Assembly (NCBI GenBank): GCA_963750165.1
Contig: CAVVPN010000011.1
Coordinates: 1,728,001-1,792,000, forward strand
Direction of reading: 5' to 3'
DNA: 64,000 nucleotides
Origin: an uncultured Gemmataceae bacterium
GTDB taxonomy: Bacteria > Planctomycetota > Planctomycetia > Gemmatales > Gemmataceae
Below are positions 30,214 to 44,700 of this stretch, in pieces. The first letter of the stretch is position 1, and each line of letters starts with the position of its first letter. Below the pieces are notes generated by a model, which saw nothing but the letters and a program-made list of their open reading frames with translations, had not been told where the DNA came from and searched no databases. The position numbers and the translations under genes were made by a program.

Positions 30214-32575
30214 TCAGCGGTAGCGCACCGCCCACGGCCGGCCATTGCACTGGCGCTCGAAGATGCGGTTGCCGTTGCGGTCCAGCTCGGCGATCTGGCG
30301 CGTCGTCATGCTTGCCACCAGCGTATTGCCGTTCGGCAGCCGCGTCGCCCGGAAGACGCCCGGCATATTCGCCTTCCAGAACACCTTGCCCGTCGTGTCG
30401 ATCTCACGCACCTCGCCCTGCGACATCAACGCCACCAGGTAGCGGCCGTTCGGCAGCAGCTCGACGCTGCACCAGTTGCCGTTGGCGCCGAGGTTGATCG
30501 TCCGCACTTCCTTGCCGGCCGTGTCCATCTCCACAATGGTGCCGTTGGAGGTGATGTACAGGATGTTGCCGTTGCGCAGTTTCTGGGCGCCGAAGATGAT
30601 GTAGCCGTTGCGCTGATGCGTGTAGACGACGTTGCGCGTCGGCGACAGCTCCAACACCTGGTTGTACGCGGCGATGAAGGTGTTGCCGTTGGGCAGCCGC
30701 TGCACGGCCACCGGGTTGTTGACGCGGTATTCCCAGATCACGGTGCCCTTCTTGTCGCGCTCGCTGACCCTGCTGCCGGAGTTCTCGGCCACCAGCACGT
30801 TGCCGTTGGGCAGCACCTGGCCGTCCATGGCGCCGAGCAAATTCTTGATCTCCCAGCGCGGCTTGCCGTCGCGGCCGCACTCCCAGAGGCGGCCCTGACC
30901 GCCGCCGTTGAACGAGTCGTACTCGGCGATGGTGTACAGGCCCTGGAAGTGGTCGTCGCGCAGGTGCTGGCCGAGGTCGATGCGGTCGCCCTGCTCGCGC
31001 CACCAGGCGGCCCAGGCGACAGCGGCCTTGGCGCGGCCGCCCGGGCCGGGCGACTCCACCGCCAGCGGCGTCGGCGACTTGCCACCGGCCAGGCGCACCA
31101 GCGGTTCCTCCACCTTCCACACCAGGCTCTCCGGCGCGACCCGCAGCAACTCGATCAGCGCCGGCACCGCCTGCTTGTCACGGCCGGCCAGCAGTCCCTG
31201 AGCGGCGCGCAGCCGCACCTTCAGCGTCGGGTCGTTCAGCAGTTTGCGGACCTGCTGCCGCTGCGCCTCGGTGCCGACGCGGCCCAGCACATAGGCGGCG
31301 GCGGCGCGGCGCAACGGCAGCGGGTCGGTCAGCGCCTTGACCAGCGCCGGCTCAAGTTCCGGCCGCCGCACGCTCAACAGGCTCAGGCTGGTCAGCACCT
31401 CCTCCTCGATCTGCTCGTCGTCGGCGAAGGGGAAGTAGGTCAGCAGGGCCTGCAGCGGTTCGGCGGTCTTGCCGTCCTTGACGGCGGGCAGATCGGTCAG
31501 CAGCCGGGCGGCGGCGATCGGCAGGGCCGGCGGCTCCGGCGGTTTGATGCGGTCGATGCACACCTGGGCCCGGCGGGCCTTCTCCGCCACGGGGTCGTCA
31601 GTCGCCAGGCGCAGCAGCGGGATCGCCAGCGGACCGCGCTCGATCAGCTTGCGGCTGGCCTGCTCGCGCACGGCGTAGCTTTTGGCGCCCAGCTGGACGA
31701 TCAGCGTCCGTATGTGCTCCTGGTCCTTCTCGCTCAGAGTGCGCGCCAGCAGGAATTTTTGCAGGGCCTGCTGGTCAACGGCCAGCTTGGCGTTCTGGAA
31801 AACGACGGCGGCCTGGGCGACGTTTTCGCGGGCGCCGAGCACGGTGCGCTTGCCGAGAAAGCCGGCGGCGGCGCGCTGCTGCACGGCCTCGTTCTTGTCC
31901 GCGAGCACGGCGCGCAACTGGTCGCGCTGGCCGGAGGAGCCGAACTGGGCCACGACGAACGCGGCGGTGGCGCGGCGGTCGGCGTCCTTGTCCTTGAGGG
32001 CCGCCGCCAGGATCGGATCGAGTTTGCCTTCCTTGAGCCCCAGGCGGGCGACGCAGGCGAGCACCTCGTCCTCGGCGTACTCGTCGTCGCAGCTGGGCAG
32101 GTAGCTGAGCAGCGCCTTGAGCGTTTTTTCGTGCAGCGCCACGGACTTCGGGGCGGTGCGCAGGCTCAGCAGCCGGGCCGCGGCCACGACCACCTCGGGG
32201 GCGCGCGACCTGTCAATCTCCTTCAGCGCCAGCTCGATCCTCCTGGACGTATCCTTCGACGCCGTCGGCAACGCCTTCTTCAAATACGGCACCGCCAGCG
32301 CGCCGCGTTTGATCAGGTCCACCTGGGCTCTGGCGGGCCACTTCACTGGCGGAGCCGAGCTGGCCGACCAGCCGCCGCAGGGTGGCGCGGTCGCTGTCGG
32401 CGAGGGTGTAGCGGGCGAGCAACTGGAACAGGGCGTCATCGTTGGTGCCGAGCTTGGCCTGTTGCAGCGTTTGCTCGTCGGCCGTGCCGGGCTTCTGGGC
32501 CGGCGCCTGCGTGGCGACGGTGGTGCCAAGAAAAGCAAACAGGGATAGGCAAACGTACAGGAAGCGGCGCACCAT
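30214..32575 (-). CDS. Secreted HEAT-repeat plus beta-propeller protein (apparent frameshift near 32337)
   Basis: Signal peptide MVRRFLYVCLSL in the 32213-32677 frame, duplicated HEAT module, repeated LPNGNxLV blades. Confidence 0.8.
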
Positions 32576-32901
32576 GAGAGGGCTCTCCCCCAAGCAACAA
32601 AGTCGGCTCACTCCCCCCCAACATAAACGGTTCGGCGCCGAAATCCTAACGGATTCTGGAAGCGCCGGCCGGGGCAAGGCTTGCGTGGCGCGATCTGCGG
32701 GTCATGCGAGTTGTTCGGGTTACGCCGTTGGCACCCGATGCAACGGATGTGTCGATTCCTCCCAATGTAGCGGCTGAGTGGGTCGGCGAACCTGCGAAGT
32801 ATGTTCCGTGCAGGCAAGCGCTCTCGCGGGCGCCGCCTGGACTGGGTAATGGTGGTGCAATTGTTTCAACGATTTTCGGGGTTGGTGGGAAGGTGCAAAG
32901 C

Positions 32902-33843
32902 ATGACAGCGGAAAGCGAACGTCCGCGAGCCCTGGTGGCGGTCAGCCCCGGCGCCGAGCCGTTGCTGCGGTCCCTGTTCGGCCGCGCGGCGCTGGCCGAC
33001 TGGGACCTCACCGTCAGCGACAGCAGCGAACAGGCCCGCTTCGTCCTGCAACACACCCCCCACGACGTGCTGCTCATCGACGAGAGTATGATCGAGCACC
33101 GGGGTGTGGACGCCCTGTCCTGGCTGGCCCGGCAGCACGAGGCGCCCGCCGTCTTGCTGGCCGGCCCTTCCAGTCGCCTGTGGGCGTACGCCTTCGAGCA
33201 CGGCGTCAACGCCTGTGTGCCGCGGCAACTGGGACTGGAGTACCCGAACCTGGTGGCCGCGGCGCTGCGCCGTGCCAGCCAGTCCGCCCACCTGCTGCGC
33301 GGTTACCGACAGGCGCGCGAAGGGTGGCACCAGTGCCGCCGCCAGGTCGATCGCCTGGTGGACCTGCTCTGGCGCGCGGTGCCGCTGGAGCAGGCGGGCG
33401 TCTGGTTGACACAGCGGCACATCCTGGAGCGGCTGCGCGACGAGGTGGCGCGGAGCGGCCGGCACGGCGTACCGCTGACGGTCGCCCTGGGCGAGGTGCA
33501 GGCCGAGGGCGAGACCGGGCCGGCCCAGCTGGCGGACTGGACCTCGCAGCGGATCGCCGGGGTCAAGCGCCGCTGCGACGTGGCCGGGCAGTACGGGCCG
33601 CATGGCTTCCTGCTGCTGATGGTCCATACGCAGGGGGAGGGCGGCGTCGCGTGCTGCCGGCGGTTGCAGAAGACCTTGCAACAGGAGCAGCCCCTCGGAA
33701 GCGGGCCGCCGCCGGTGCGGGCGAGCTTTGGCGTCGCCAGTTACTCGCCGCGGTACGACACCCTGCAGGCGCTGCTCGGCGGCGCGGAACAGCGGTTGGA
33801 GGCGGCCCGGCAGGGGACCACCGGGGGCGTCGTCGCGGATTAA
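32902..33843 (+). CDS. Receiver-like domain plus degenerate GGDEF domain protein
   Basis: DVLLIDE receiver-like segment; RRCDVAGQYGPHGFLLL in place of GGDEF; ASFGVA...AEQRLEAARQG. Confidence 0.75.
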   Translation: MTAESERPRALVAVSPGAEPLLRSLFGRAALADWDLTVSDSSEQARFVLQHTPHDVLLIDESMIEHRGVDALSWLARQHEAPAVLLAGPSSRLWAYAFEHGVNACVPRQLGLEYPNLVAAALRRASQSAHLLRGYRQAREGWHQCRRQVDRLVDLLWRAVPLEQAGVWLTQRHILERLRDEVARSGRHGVPLTVALGEVQAEGETGPAQLADWTSQRIAGVKRRCDVAGQYGPHGFLLLMVHTQGEGGVACCRRLQKTLQQEQPLGSGPPPVRASFGVASYSPRYDTLQALLGGAEQRLEAARQGTTGGVVAD

Positions 33844-33868
33844 GGTAGCACGAAGCTGCGCTGCCTGC

Positions 33869-34651
33869 TCAAAACCGCCCGCGCCGCCGCTCCTTCGCCG
33901 GCAGCACCTCCAGGCACGTCGTCCACCAACCCGTACGCACCGTCTCCACAAATTCCTCCGGCAGCCCTTCGTCGCGCATCTCGCGGGCCAGCCGTTCATG
34001 ATCGTAGGCCACCGGCACGAACTCGACGCGCAGTTCGGGGCCGGCCTCCAGCAGCGCGTACCAGACGTTGGTGCGGCCGTCGTTCTCCGGCCGGCCGAGC
34101 ACACCGACGTTCACGAAATGCCGGCCGCCGCCCAGCGTCCGGTGCCACTTGATGCCCGTGTGCGTCGCCAGGATCACATCAGTGTCATGGGTGTGACACA
34201 GGTGCTCCAGAAAGTGTGTCGGCGTCGTCGATTCCCACAGGAACTCGTTGACGCGCCGCGGGCTGCCGTGGCACAGCAGCAGTCGGTGGCGGCCCAGCTG
34301 CAAACGGCGCTGCGGTGGCAGTGCTTGCAGCCAGTCGCGGTGGGTCACGCTGGTGTGGCGGAGCGTGTAGTCGTAGCTGATCTGGGCGAAGTGGTTGTCG
34401 CGCGGGTCGGTGTAGCCGCACTGGCAGTCGGCCAGGCCGTTGCCGATGGAGTGATCGTAGTTGCCCTGCAAACACTGGACGCGGTGCTCGTGCAGCAGCG
34501 GAAACACGCGATCCGGAAAGGGGCCGAAGGCGCCGAGGTCGCCGAGACAGTACACGGCGTCGGCACCGCGGCGGCGCACGTCCGCCAGCGCCGCGGCCAG
34601 CGCCAGGTAATTGTTGTAGACACCGCCGAACACCGCCAGTCGCTCACGCAT
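33869..34651 (-). CDS. Metallophosphoesterase-family protein
   Basis: CLGDL, QGNYD, CHGSP, THTG, NVG motifs; start overlaps the radical SAM stop by 8 nt. Confidence 0.85.
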   Translation of the reverse strand: MRERLAVFGGVYNNYLALAAALADVRRRGADAVYCLGDLGAFGPFPDRVFPLLHEHRVQCLQGNYDHSIGNGLADCQCGYTDPRDNHFAQISYDYTLRHTSVTHRDWLQALPPQRRLQLGRHRLLLCHGSPRRVNEFLWESTTPTHFLEHLCHTHDTDVILATHTGIKWHRTLGGGRHFVNVGVLGRPENDGRTNVWYALLEAGPELRVEFVPVAYDHERLAREMRDEGLPEEFVETVRTGWWTTCLEVLPAKERRRGRF

Positions 34652-35561
34652 CGCGCCGGCCCCCCGACGGGTTGGCGCACAGGGCGCCGTGCTGGTAACA
34701 GGTGTAGCACGCCCGGTGCCGCAGCCGATACGGGCCGAGACCATCCGCCAGCGTCGCCCCCAGCGTGGCGTCCGGCGCCTCAATCAAGATCGGGCAGACG
34801 TGGACGCCGCGCTCCGTCACGATGCGGCTGTGCTGGCATAGCAGCTTCGATTGGTCGAAGTCCATCAGCATTTCCGCGGTGACGCGCTCGTCCGGCTGGT
34901 AGCCGCGCTGCCGTTGCACTTCCGCCCCGAGCCGCAGCGTCGGCAGCAATTTCAGGCGCGGCCGGTCGTAGCCCTGTGACCGCAGCAGTTCGACGAAGCC
35001 CGTGAACAGCGCCGCGTCGTCCTGGTCGTCGCGCGTGCGCGTCACGGTGACGATGGGCAACACGCCGTACCGCACCAGCTGGCGGACACCGCGCAGGATG
35101 CGGTCGAAGGTGCCGGGGCCGCGCACCGGGTCGTTGTCCGCCGCGGTGAAGCCGTCCAGCGACACGCGGATTTCCAGGCTGTAAGGCGACGCCTCCTCCG
35201 CCCGCCGCAGCCGCTCCAGCCAGGCGTCCTGCAACACGGTGCCGTTGGTCAGCACGGTTGCCGGGCCGTAGCGCAGCGTCAGTTCCAGCATGTCCACCAA
35301 ATCGCGGTGCAGGAACGGCTCGCCGCCGGTGAAGTAATACTCCTTGACGCCGAGCGGCACCGATGCGTCGAGAGTGCGCCGCACCATCTCCAGGTCGAGG
35401 AAGCCGAACGTGTGGTTGTGCGGGCTGCAACTGATGAAGCAATGGCGACATTCGAGATTGCATAGCGTGCCGGTGACCTGAAACCACAGTTCGTCCAGGT
35501 GGCCGAGCGCCACGGCTGGGCCGTCGGGCAGCGGGTCGATGAGCGGCAGCGGCGTGGTCAT
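34644..35561 (-). CDS. Radical SAM protein
   Basis: CNLECRHC, FTGGEPF, LTNG, VSLDG, NDPVRGPGTF; C-terminal Cys cluster. Confidence 0.92.
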   Translation of the reverse strand: MTTPLPLIDPLPDGPAVALGHLDELWFQVTGTLCNLECRHCFISCSPHNHTFGFLDLEMVRRTLDASVPLGVKEYYFTGGEPFLHRDLVDMLELTLRYGPATVLTNGTVLQDAWLERLRRAEEASPYSLEIRVSLDGFTAADNDPVRGPGTFDRILRGVRQLVRYGVLPIVTVTRTRDDQDDAALFTGFVELLRSQGYDRPRLKLLPTLRLGAEVQRQRGYQPDERVTAEMLMDFDQSKLLCQHSRIVTERGVHVCPILIEAPDATLGATLADGLGPYRLRHRACYTCYQHGALCANPSGGRRDA

Positions 35562-35587
35562 GGTTCAGCGCTTCTTCCGCAAATACT

Positions 35588-35615
35588 CCCCTCTCCCCCT
35601 GCAGAGGGAGAGGGG
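35588..35615. repeat. Short REP-like hairpin
   Basis: CCCCTCTCCC-...-GGGAGAGGGG. Confidence 0.6.
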
Positions 35616-35625
35616 CTTTCGATGC

Positions 35626-36870
35626 TCAGCGTTTCTTGTAAAGGTCGAGGCCAGGCTGGCCGGTGATGAGCGTGAACACGTCGCGCACCTGCTCGAAGCC
35701 GGTGCGCAGCAAAAACGTCGAGCCGCGGCCGTAACTCTTCTGACCGAGGATGAAAAAATTCGGCTCGGGGTTGCGAAGCACATCGGGGCCGCAACTCGCC
35801 TGCTTCAAACAATCGTCGCTGCGCTGGCCGAGCAGGGCGGCGGCCAGCTTCATCGGGCCGAGCGACGCATAGCACTCGTGGACCTGCAATTCGCGATACA
35901 GACCGGTGTGCGGCGTGTAGCCGACGTTGGCGATGACGCGCTCGACTTCCCAGGTTTTTAGCTGGCCCTGACAGCGGCCCTGCACCTTGAAGCCGCGGTC
36001 GGGGCCGGGGCAGTCGATGGCGTCGATGGCGCACTGCGGATGGAATTCGACGTTGCCCTCGTTGCGCGTCGCCAGGGTGTTGGCCCGCAGTGCCAGGCGG
36101 TCACGCTCGCGCAGTGGGTCGTTGGCGAAGCGCGCGATCGGCTGCGAACGGACGCCGCGCGCCAGCCAGATCACCCACGTTTCTGGCTGCGTTTCCGCCA
36201 GGGTGGCCAGGTCGCAAACCGTCGTCGCCGCGGAGTAGCCCGCGCCGATGACCAGGACGTTCCGGCCCGCGTAGTGTTTGCGGCGCTCGCCGAGCACGTC
36301 TTCCAGGCCGTAGGCGAGGTGCGGTTCCGCGGCGGTTTCGCCGAGCGCCGGGATGCCGCCGTCGCCCAGCCAGCGGTGCTGACCGTAGGTGCCGGTGCAG
36401 TCCAGTACCACGTCCGCTTCCTCGACGCTCTCTTTTTTATCGGGTCCGCGCAGCAGCAGACGGAACGGCTGTTTGCCGCGCCGCGCGTCGCCGGGGGCGT
36501 CCTGCTTCAGAAAACCCTGGCGGCCGACGTGCAGCACCTCGACGCCGATGCGGAGGCAGCCGCGCAGCGCGTCGGTCCGGGCGAGCGGTTGCAGGTACTG
36601 CTCGGCGTGCTGTTTGGCGGTGACGCAATCGTCGTCGCCGGGGAAGTCGTGGCGGGCGTGTTCGGCCAGGATGGCGGCGCGGCCGAGCGGTGTCGTGTTC
36701 ATGCCGAAGGGGCTGAACAGCCGCACGTGGCCGAAGCGCTGCCAGTGCTCGGCGACGCGGCCGCGCTCGTAGACGGTCACGGCCAGGTCGAGCCGGCGGG
36801 CGTACAGGGCCGCTTCCAAACCGACAGGGCCGGCGCCCAGCACGGCGACACGAGTGTCCTTGCGCGGCAT
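35626..36870 (-). CDS. FAD/NAD(P)-dependent oxidoreductase (flavin monooxygenase-like)
   Basis: GAGPVG, DCTGT, GAGYSA, ANVGY, LGQKSYGR; AGGAGG RBS. Confidence 0.88.
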   Translation of the reverse strand: MPRKDTRVAVLGAGPVGLEAALYARRLDLAVTVYERGRVAEHWQRFGHVRLFSPFGMNTTPLGRAAILAEHARHDFPGDDDCVTAKQHAEQYLQPLARTDALRGCLRIGVEVLHVGRQGFLKQDAPGDARRGKQPFRLLLRGPDKKESVEEADVVLDCTGTYGQHRWLGDGGIPALGETAAEPHLAYGLEDVLGERRKHYAGRNVLVIGAGYSAATTVCDLATLAETQPETWVIWLARGVRSQPIARFANDPLRERDRLALRANTLATRNEGNVEFHPQCAIDAIDCPGPDRGFKVQGRCQGQLKTWEVERVIANVGYTPHTGLYRELQVHECYASLGPMKLAAALLGQRSDDCLKQASCGPDVLRNPEPNFFILGQKSYGRGSTFLLRTGFEQVRDVFTLITGQPGLDLYKKR

Positions 36871-36895
36871 GACGCCTCCTTGATCCAAAAACAAT

Positions 36896-37000
36896 TCACC
36901 ACAAAGACACAAAGAGACACAAAGAAGAAAACAGGGGAAGAAGAAGTTTGGCATTCACGGTGTTGTCTTTCCTTTGTGATTCTTTGTGTCTTTGTGGTGA
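36896..37000. repeat. TCACCACAAAG-family long inverted repeat
   Basis: TCACCACAAAGACACAAAG...CTTTGTGTCTTTGTGGTGA. Confidence 0.8.
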
Positions 37001-37036
37001 GTTATTTTTCACCCTCCTTTGTAGCGCTGCCGTCCA

Positions 37037-37464
37037 CTACGGCTCGCGGGCCGTCAACTTCAGGTCGCCGAGGTCGCCGCCGTTCTTGCTCTTCCAGACG
37101 CAGGTGATGACATCCAGTTTAGCCGAGACCGTCCCCTCGAACACGCCGTTCACGTCAGCGGCCTTGGTCGGCTCGGACAGCGTGAAGGAAATCTTGCCCG
37201 CCTTCAAATCGATGCGGCCGGTCGCCTTCTCCGTCAGGTCGTACGGCTGATACGTCTGCTTGCCGACGAAGGTGATGACGCCGTCCTTCTTGACCGCCTT
37301 CTCGATCACCAGCGTGACCTCGTAGGGGCGCCGCCACCGCGCGTCTCGTAGAAGCCCTTGAACGCGCGCGGCAGTTGCTGGTTCGCCCCCTGTTGCGCCG
37401 GGGCGGTGAGGACCGCGGCCGTCAGCACGGCGACGACGGTCAGTGCCAGACGTGGTGCGACCAT
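37037..37464 (-). CDS. Small secreted hypothetical protein (apparent frameshift near 37328)
   Basis: MVAPRLALTVVAVLTAAVLTAPAQQ signal peptide, joined to the ORF 37037-37309 frame. Confidence 0.55.
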
Positions 37465-37622
37465 TGGCGTACTCCCTGGAAAGGATTCGGGGTACCGGGA
37501 CGCCTTTTACAGTAGCGTGCGCACCACGCCGCCGTCAACCGGCAGGAACCCGGCATGATGCCGTTTACGTTTCGCGCAGTCGGCGTCCGCGCGAAACGTA
37601 AACGGGTCTCGGGTGGTGCCGT

Positions 37623-38264
37623 TCAGCCCTTCTTGATCTCTTTCCCTTCCACCTTGTCCTTCACCTTGATCACTTTCCCTTCCACCTTGCCCTTCACCAC
37701 GCAAACGACGATGTAGCCGTAATCGTTCCACCAGCACAGCACCTCAACGGTCGTTCCCTTGATGTGCGTCAGGTCGAGGTTCATCCCGTCCCTGGCATCT
37801 TGCAGGGACACCGGATGCCCCTTGCCGCCCAGGATTTTTTCCACCTCCGCCAGCGTCTGGGAACCGTTGTCCTTGATCCTGGCGAAGTTGGCCCAGGACA
37901 CCTTGCCGTTCGGTTTGCCGGACAGGAACGCGAGGCGATCCGGGCTTTTGATGGTCTTGGACACCAGTTTGTCGTCCAGGAAAACGCCGATGGCGAACCG
38001 ATTGCCGTCCCCCCAGCGCAGGATCTTGACCTCTTTCCCCTCTGCCTTGATCCCGATGTCCATTTTTTCGAGGTCTTCCGCGCTGAGTTCCTTCCCGCGT
38101 TTGCCCAGGAGTTTCTCCACCTCCGCTCGCGTCATGTGCTCCTTGACCCTGCTCCACTGCGCCTTGGTGGGCGCATCAGTCCCGCCGCCGCGGGCGACGG
38201 TACTCAGGCCCAGCGCAACCAGCAGGGACAACACCAGGCCATACGTGCTCGAATGCCGAACCAT
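37623..38264 (-). CDS. Secreted protein with two SmpA/BLIP-like repeats
   Basis: Signal peptide; two repeats (W/F)xx(V/I)K..(M/Q)TxAEVEKxLGxxG. Confidence 0.65.
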   Translation of the reverse strand: MVRHSSTYGLVLSLLVALGLSTVARGGGTDAPTKAQWSRVKEHMTRAEVEKLLGKRGKELSAEDLEKMDIGIKAEGKEVKILRWGDGNRFAIGVFLDDKLVSKTIKSPDRLAFLSGKPNGKVSWANFARIKDNGSQTLAEVEKILGGKGHPVSLQDARDGMNLDLTHIKGTTVEVLCWWNDYGYIVVCVVKGKVEGKVIKVKDKVEGKEIKKG

Positions 38265-38339
38265 GAAGCGTCTCCTCATCGTTGGGAATGGATGTCGGGG
38301 CCCACGAAGCCACCGGGGAAATGGTACCGGCCCGGCCGG

Positions 38340-39235
38340 TCAGTCGCCAGCAAGAATCTGCCGCAAGTGGAAGTGGTGCGGCCCCAACTTGCCGCCGTAG
38401 TTGCCCGCCGTCACCTGCACGACGCCCGGCCCACACGCCCCGCGCGCGCCACGCGCATCGCCTGCGCTACCGCCGCCGCGTCCACGCCGTCGATCACGAC
38501 CTCGTACACCGCGTTGACGCCCTCGGGCAGGGCGGTCTTCACCACGCCGCGCAGCGTCGGGCAGTAGGCGTCGTTGGTGCTGGCCCGCAGTTTCTGGTAG
38601 CGGCTGCCGACCTTGCTGCCGCTGCGCACCACGCCGCCGGGGAACGGCAGGATCACGCCCGGCACGGCGCGGATCGCCGTCACCGCCGCCTCCGCCGCCG
38701 CCAGGCCCACGTCCTGGCTCGTCGCCAGCAGCAGGAAGTTGCCGCCCGCCACGCCCTTGACCGTGCCGAACACGTCCTCACACAGAAACTCGCCGTCCAT
38801 CACCGGCAACCGCCAGAAGCGCCGGCCCTCCAGCTTCTTGCTGAACTGGAAGCCGTCGCCGAAGAAGCGCAGGTTGCCGCCGACGCGGAGGGACTTCTCT
38901 TTGACGATGGGCAGGTCGTTGTAGCAGGCGGTGGTGGGGCAGGTCAGGATGCACTGGCCGACGCGGTTGATGACGGCCTTCTGTAGCGCAGCGAGGTTGA
39001 AGGCGAACAGCAGCAGGCTGACGCCGGGGCGGCCGTCGGGGGTTTCGCTCGGGGAAAGGGTGCGTTCGATGCCGGCTTCCGCGTCGCAGCCGATGACGGA
39101 GGCGGCGTAACCGGTGGTGACCTGGCCTGCTGTCTGCGCCCAGGCGGCGGTTGCGGCCGTGACGACCAGGCGCGTCGCGGTCATCGGAAACGCTTCCGCG
39201 AAGGTGTCGTCAATGACCGTGTCGTGCAGGGTCAC
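38340..39235 (-). CDS. fhcD: Formylmethanofuran--tetrahydromethanopterin N-formyltransferase (apparent frameshift near 38445)
   Basis: [38 protein letters not shown]. Tail [17 protein letters not shown] continues in another frame to the stop at 38340. Confidence 0.92.
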
Positions 39236-39278
39236 CCGGCGCCTGATGAGGTTGAAACGAGGTGGTGGAAGAAGTTAG

Positions 39279-39351
<73 letters not shown>

Positions 39352-39617
39352 AATATCGTCCTTCTTCCGCTGAGTCCGTCAATTTGTGTGTAGAACGGAA
39401 TCAACTCACACTCTTAAAAGTATTCCTGCGGCGCGGAAATGTCAACCCTCTCGTTCCCACACTCGGCGTGGGGGGCTGCCCGCACTACGAAAGGCCGCGG
39501 GAATCGGGTTGCCGGGCAACGGCCGGGGGTGGAAAATGGAGGCGTTGCTCGCCCCGAAGTCGCCGATGGCAGCGGACCACACTTCCACGAGGCCGGCGCG
39601 ACCGGCGAAGGCCGACC

Positions 39618-43011
<3,394 letters not shown>

Positions 43012-43021
43012 AGCCAGCCGG

Positions 43022-44077
43022 TCACCGCCACGGATCAATGGCGTACTGAATGCCCTCGCTCCGCTGCAACCGCTGCATGGCCTCCGCCAGTTGCTCCAGC
43101 GGCAGGCAGTCGCTGACGAGCGGCCCCGGTGTCAGGACGCCCTCCAGCAAGAACTCCCGCGCCTTCGCCACGTCGCGCGGTGAGAAGTGGAAGCTGCCCA
43201 GCAGGCGAACCTCCTCGTAGTGCAGCCGATAACTGTCCACCGGGAACGGCGTGCCGCGCGGCAGACCGCCGAACAGCACCACCTGACCGAACGGCAGCAC
43301 CGCATCAAAGGCCGCCTGCCAGCCGGCGAGATGGCCCGTACATTCCAGCACCAGATCGAAGCGCCCCGGCGGCGGCACCTGTTCCGTCAGCGGCGCCTCG
43401 GTCACGTCATGCACCGCGGCGGCGCCGAACTGTCGGGCCAGCTCCAGCCGTCCGGCCCGCCGTCCCGCGGCGACGCGCTCCGCCTGCGTGTAGTGCGGCA
43501 GCAGTTGCAGGAACAGCAGCCCCATCGCCCCGAGGCCGAGCACCAGCACCCGATCAACGCCGCGCCAATCGACCAACTCCAGGGCATGCACGACACACGC
43601 AAGCGGTTCGAGCAGTGCCGCGTGCTCGGGCCGCAGTGACTCCGGCCGCGGGAACAGGTTCTGCCGCGCCACCGGCCCCGGGATGCACAGGTACTGGCCG
43701 AAGGCGCCGAGGACTTTTTCGCGCATCACGTCCGGGCACAGGTGCCAGCGCTCCTTGCCGCAAAATGGGCAGTCGAGACAGGGGGCGCTGTGGACGCCCA
43801 TGACGGGCTGGCCGATCTCGAACAGCGGCGCCTGCGGTCCGAGACCGGCGACGATGCCGGCGTAGCGGTGGCCGAACGGGCCGGGCATGGGGATCTGGGG
43901 ATGGCCGCGCACGAACGCCTTGCGGTCGGTGCCGCCGACCAGCGCCCGCTCGATGCGCAGCACCACCTGACCAGCCTCGGGGCGCGGCAGCGGCACGTCG
44001 CGCAGTTCGACGTGGCCCGGCGCTACCAGGAAGGCGGCCCGCTGCGTCTGGTCGCCGTGCTGCGGCGGAAGGGACAT
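43022..44077 (-). CDS. Zinc-binding (MDR) alcohol dehydrogenase family protein
   Basis: CLDCPFC...C structural Zn site, LLEPLAC, GLGAMG. Catalytic motif appears altered (VGGTD, GHRY). Confidence 0.85.
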   Translation of the reverse strand: MSLPPQHGDQTQRAAFLVAPGHVELRDVPLPRPEAGQVVLRIERALVGGTDRKAFVRGHPQIPMPGPFGHRYAGIVAGLGPQAPLFEIGQPVMGVHSAPCLDCPFCGKERWHLCPDVMREKVLGAFGQYLCIPGPVARQNLFPRPESLRPEHAALLEPLACVVHALELVDWRGVDRVLVLGLGAMGLLFLQLLPHYTQAERVAAGRRAGRLELARQFGAAAVHDVTEAPLTEQVPPPGRFDLVLECTGHLAGWQAAFDAVLPFGQVVLFGGLPRGTPFPVDSYRLHYEEVRLLGSFHFSPRDVAKAREFLLEGVLTPGPLVSDCLPLEQLAEAMQRLQRSEGIQYAIDPWR

Positions 44078-44385
44078 GCGTTACCTTTCGGCACGGTCGG
44101 GGTGGTGGTTGCTCCCGGGACTACCACTGGGAACCGCAGAGAAAGCGTCATTCTAACAGCGCGGTGGACGGTTGACACGGTGGGGCAGTGGGTGGCGTTG
44201 TCTGTCAGAGCAAGGGGGCCAAGGAGGCCAAGGGGGCCAACTTTTTCACACGTCGAGATTCGGCGCCCTGGCTGACCTTTGGGCGGGACCGCCGGCTTGC
44301 TACGATGATCGGGGAAATGATGACCCCTACACTCCGCGAGCCGACCCATGCCATCCTGGACCACCCCGACGACGATGCGCCGCCG

Positions 44386-44694
44386 TCACTTCAGCCCCCA
44401 CGGGTCCACCCAGCCGCGCGACAGATAATCCGTCATCGTGTAGCCGATCAGGATGAACAGCCACAGCAGGCTGCCCAGCGCCACCACCCACGTCAGCCGC
44501 GTGCTGTAGTAGACGTGCATGAAAATCATGACGACCAGCATGGCCTTGGCGCTGGCGATGGCCAGCCCAAGTACCAGGTGCCACGCCGGCGCCAGCGGCA
44601 CCGTCGAGAGCCCTACCGTCAGCACCGTCAGCGCGATCAGCGCCGCGAAGATCAAATAATATGTCCGCACTGTTGGTTGCTGATGCTCGGCCAT
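44386..44694 (-). CDS. ctaF: Cytochrome c oxidase subunit IV family
   Basis: Three TM helices, KAMLVVMIFMH, DYLSR; operon position. Confidence 0.88.
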   Translation of the reverse strand: MAEHQQPTVRTYYLIFAALIALTVLTVGLSTVPLAPAWHLVLGLAIASAKAMLVVMIFMHVYYSTRLTWVVALGSLLWLFILIGYTMTDYLSRGWVDPWGLK

Positions 44695-44700
44695 GATGCG

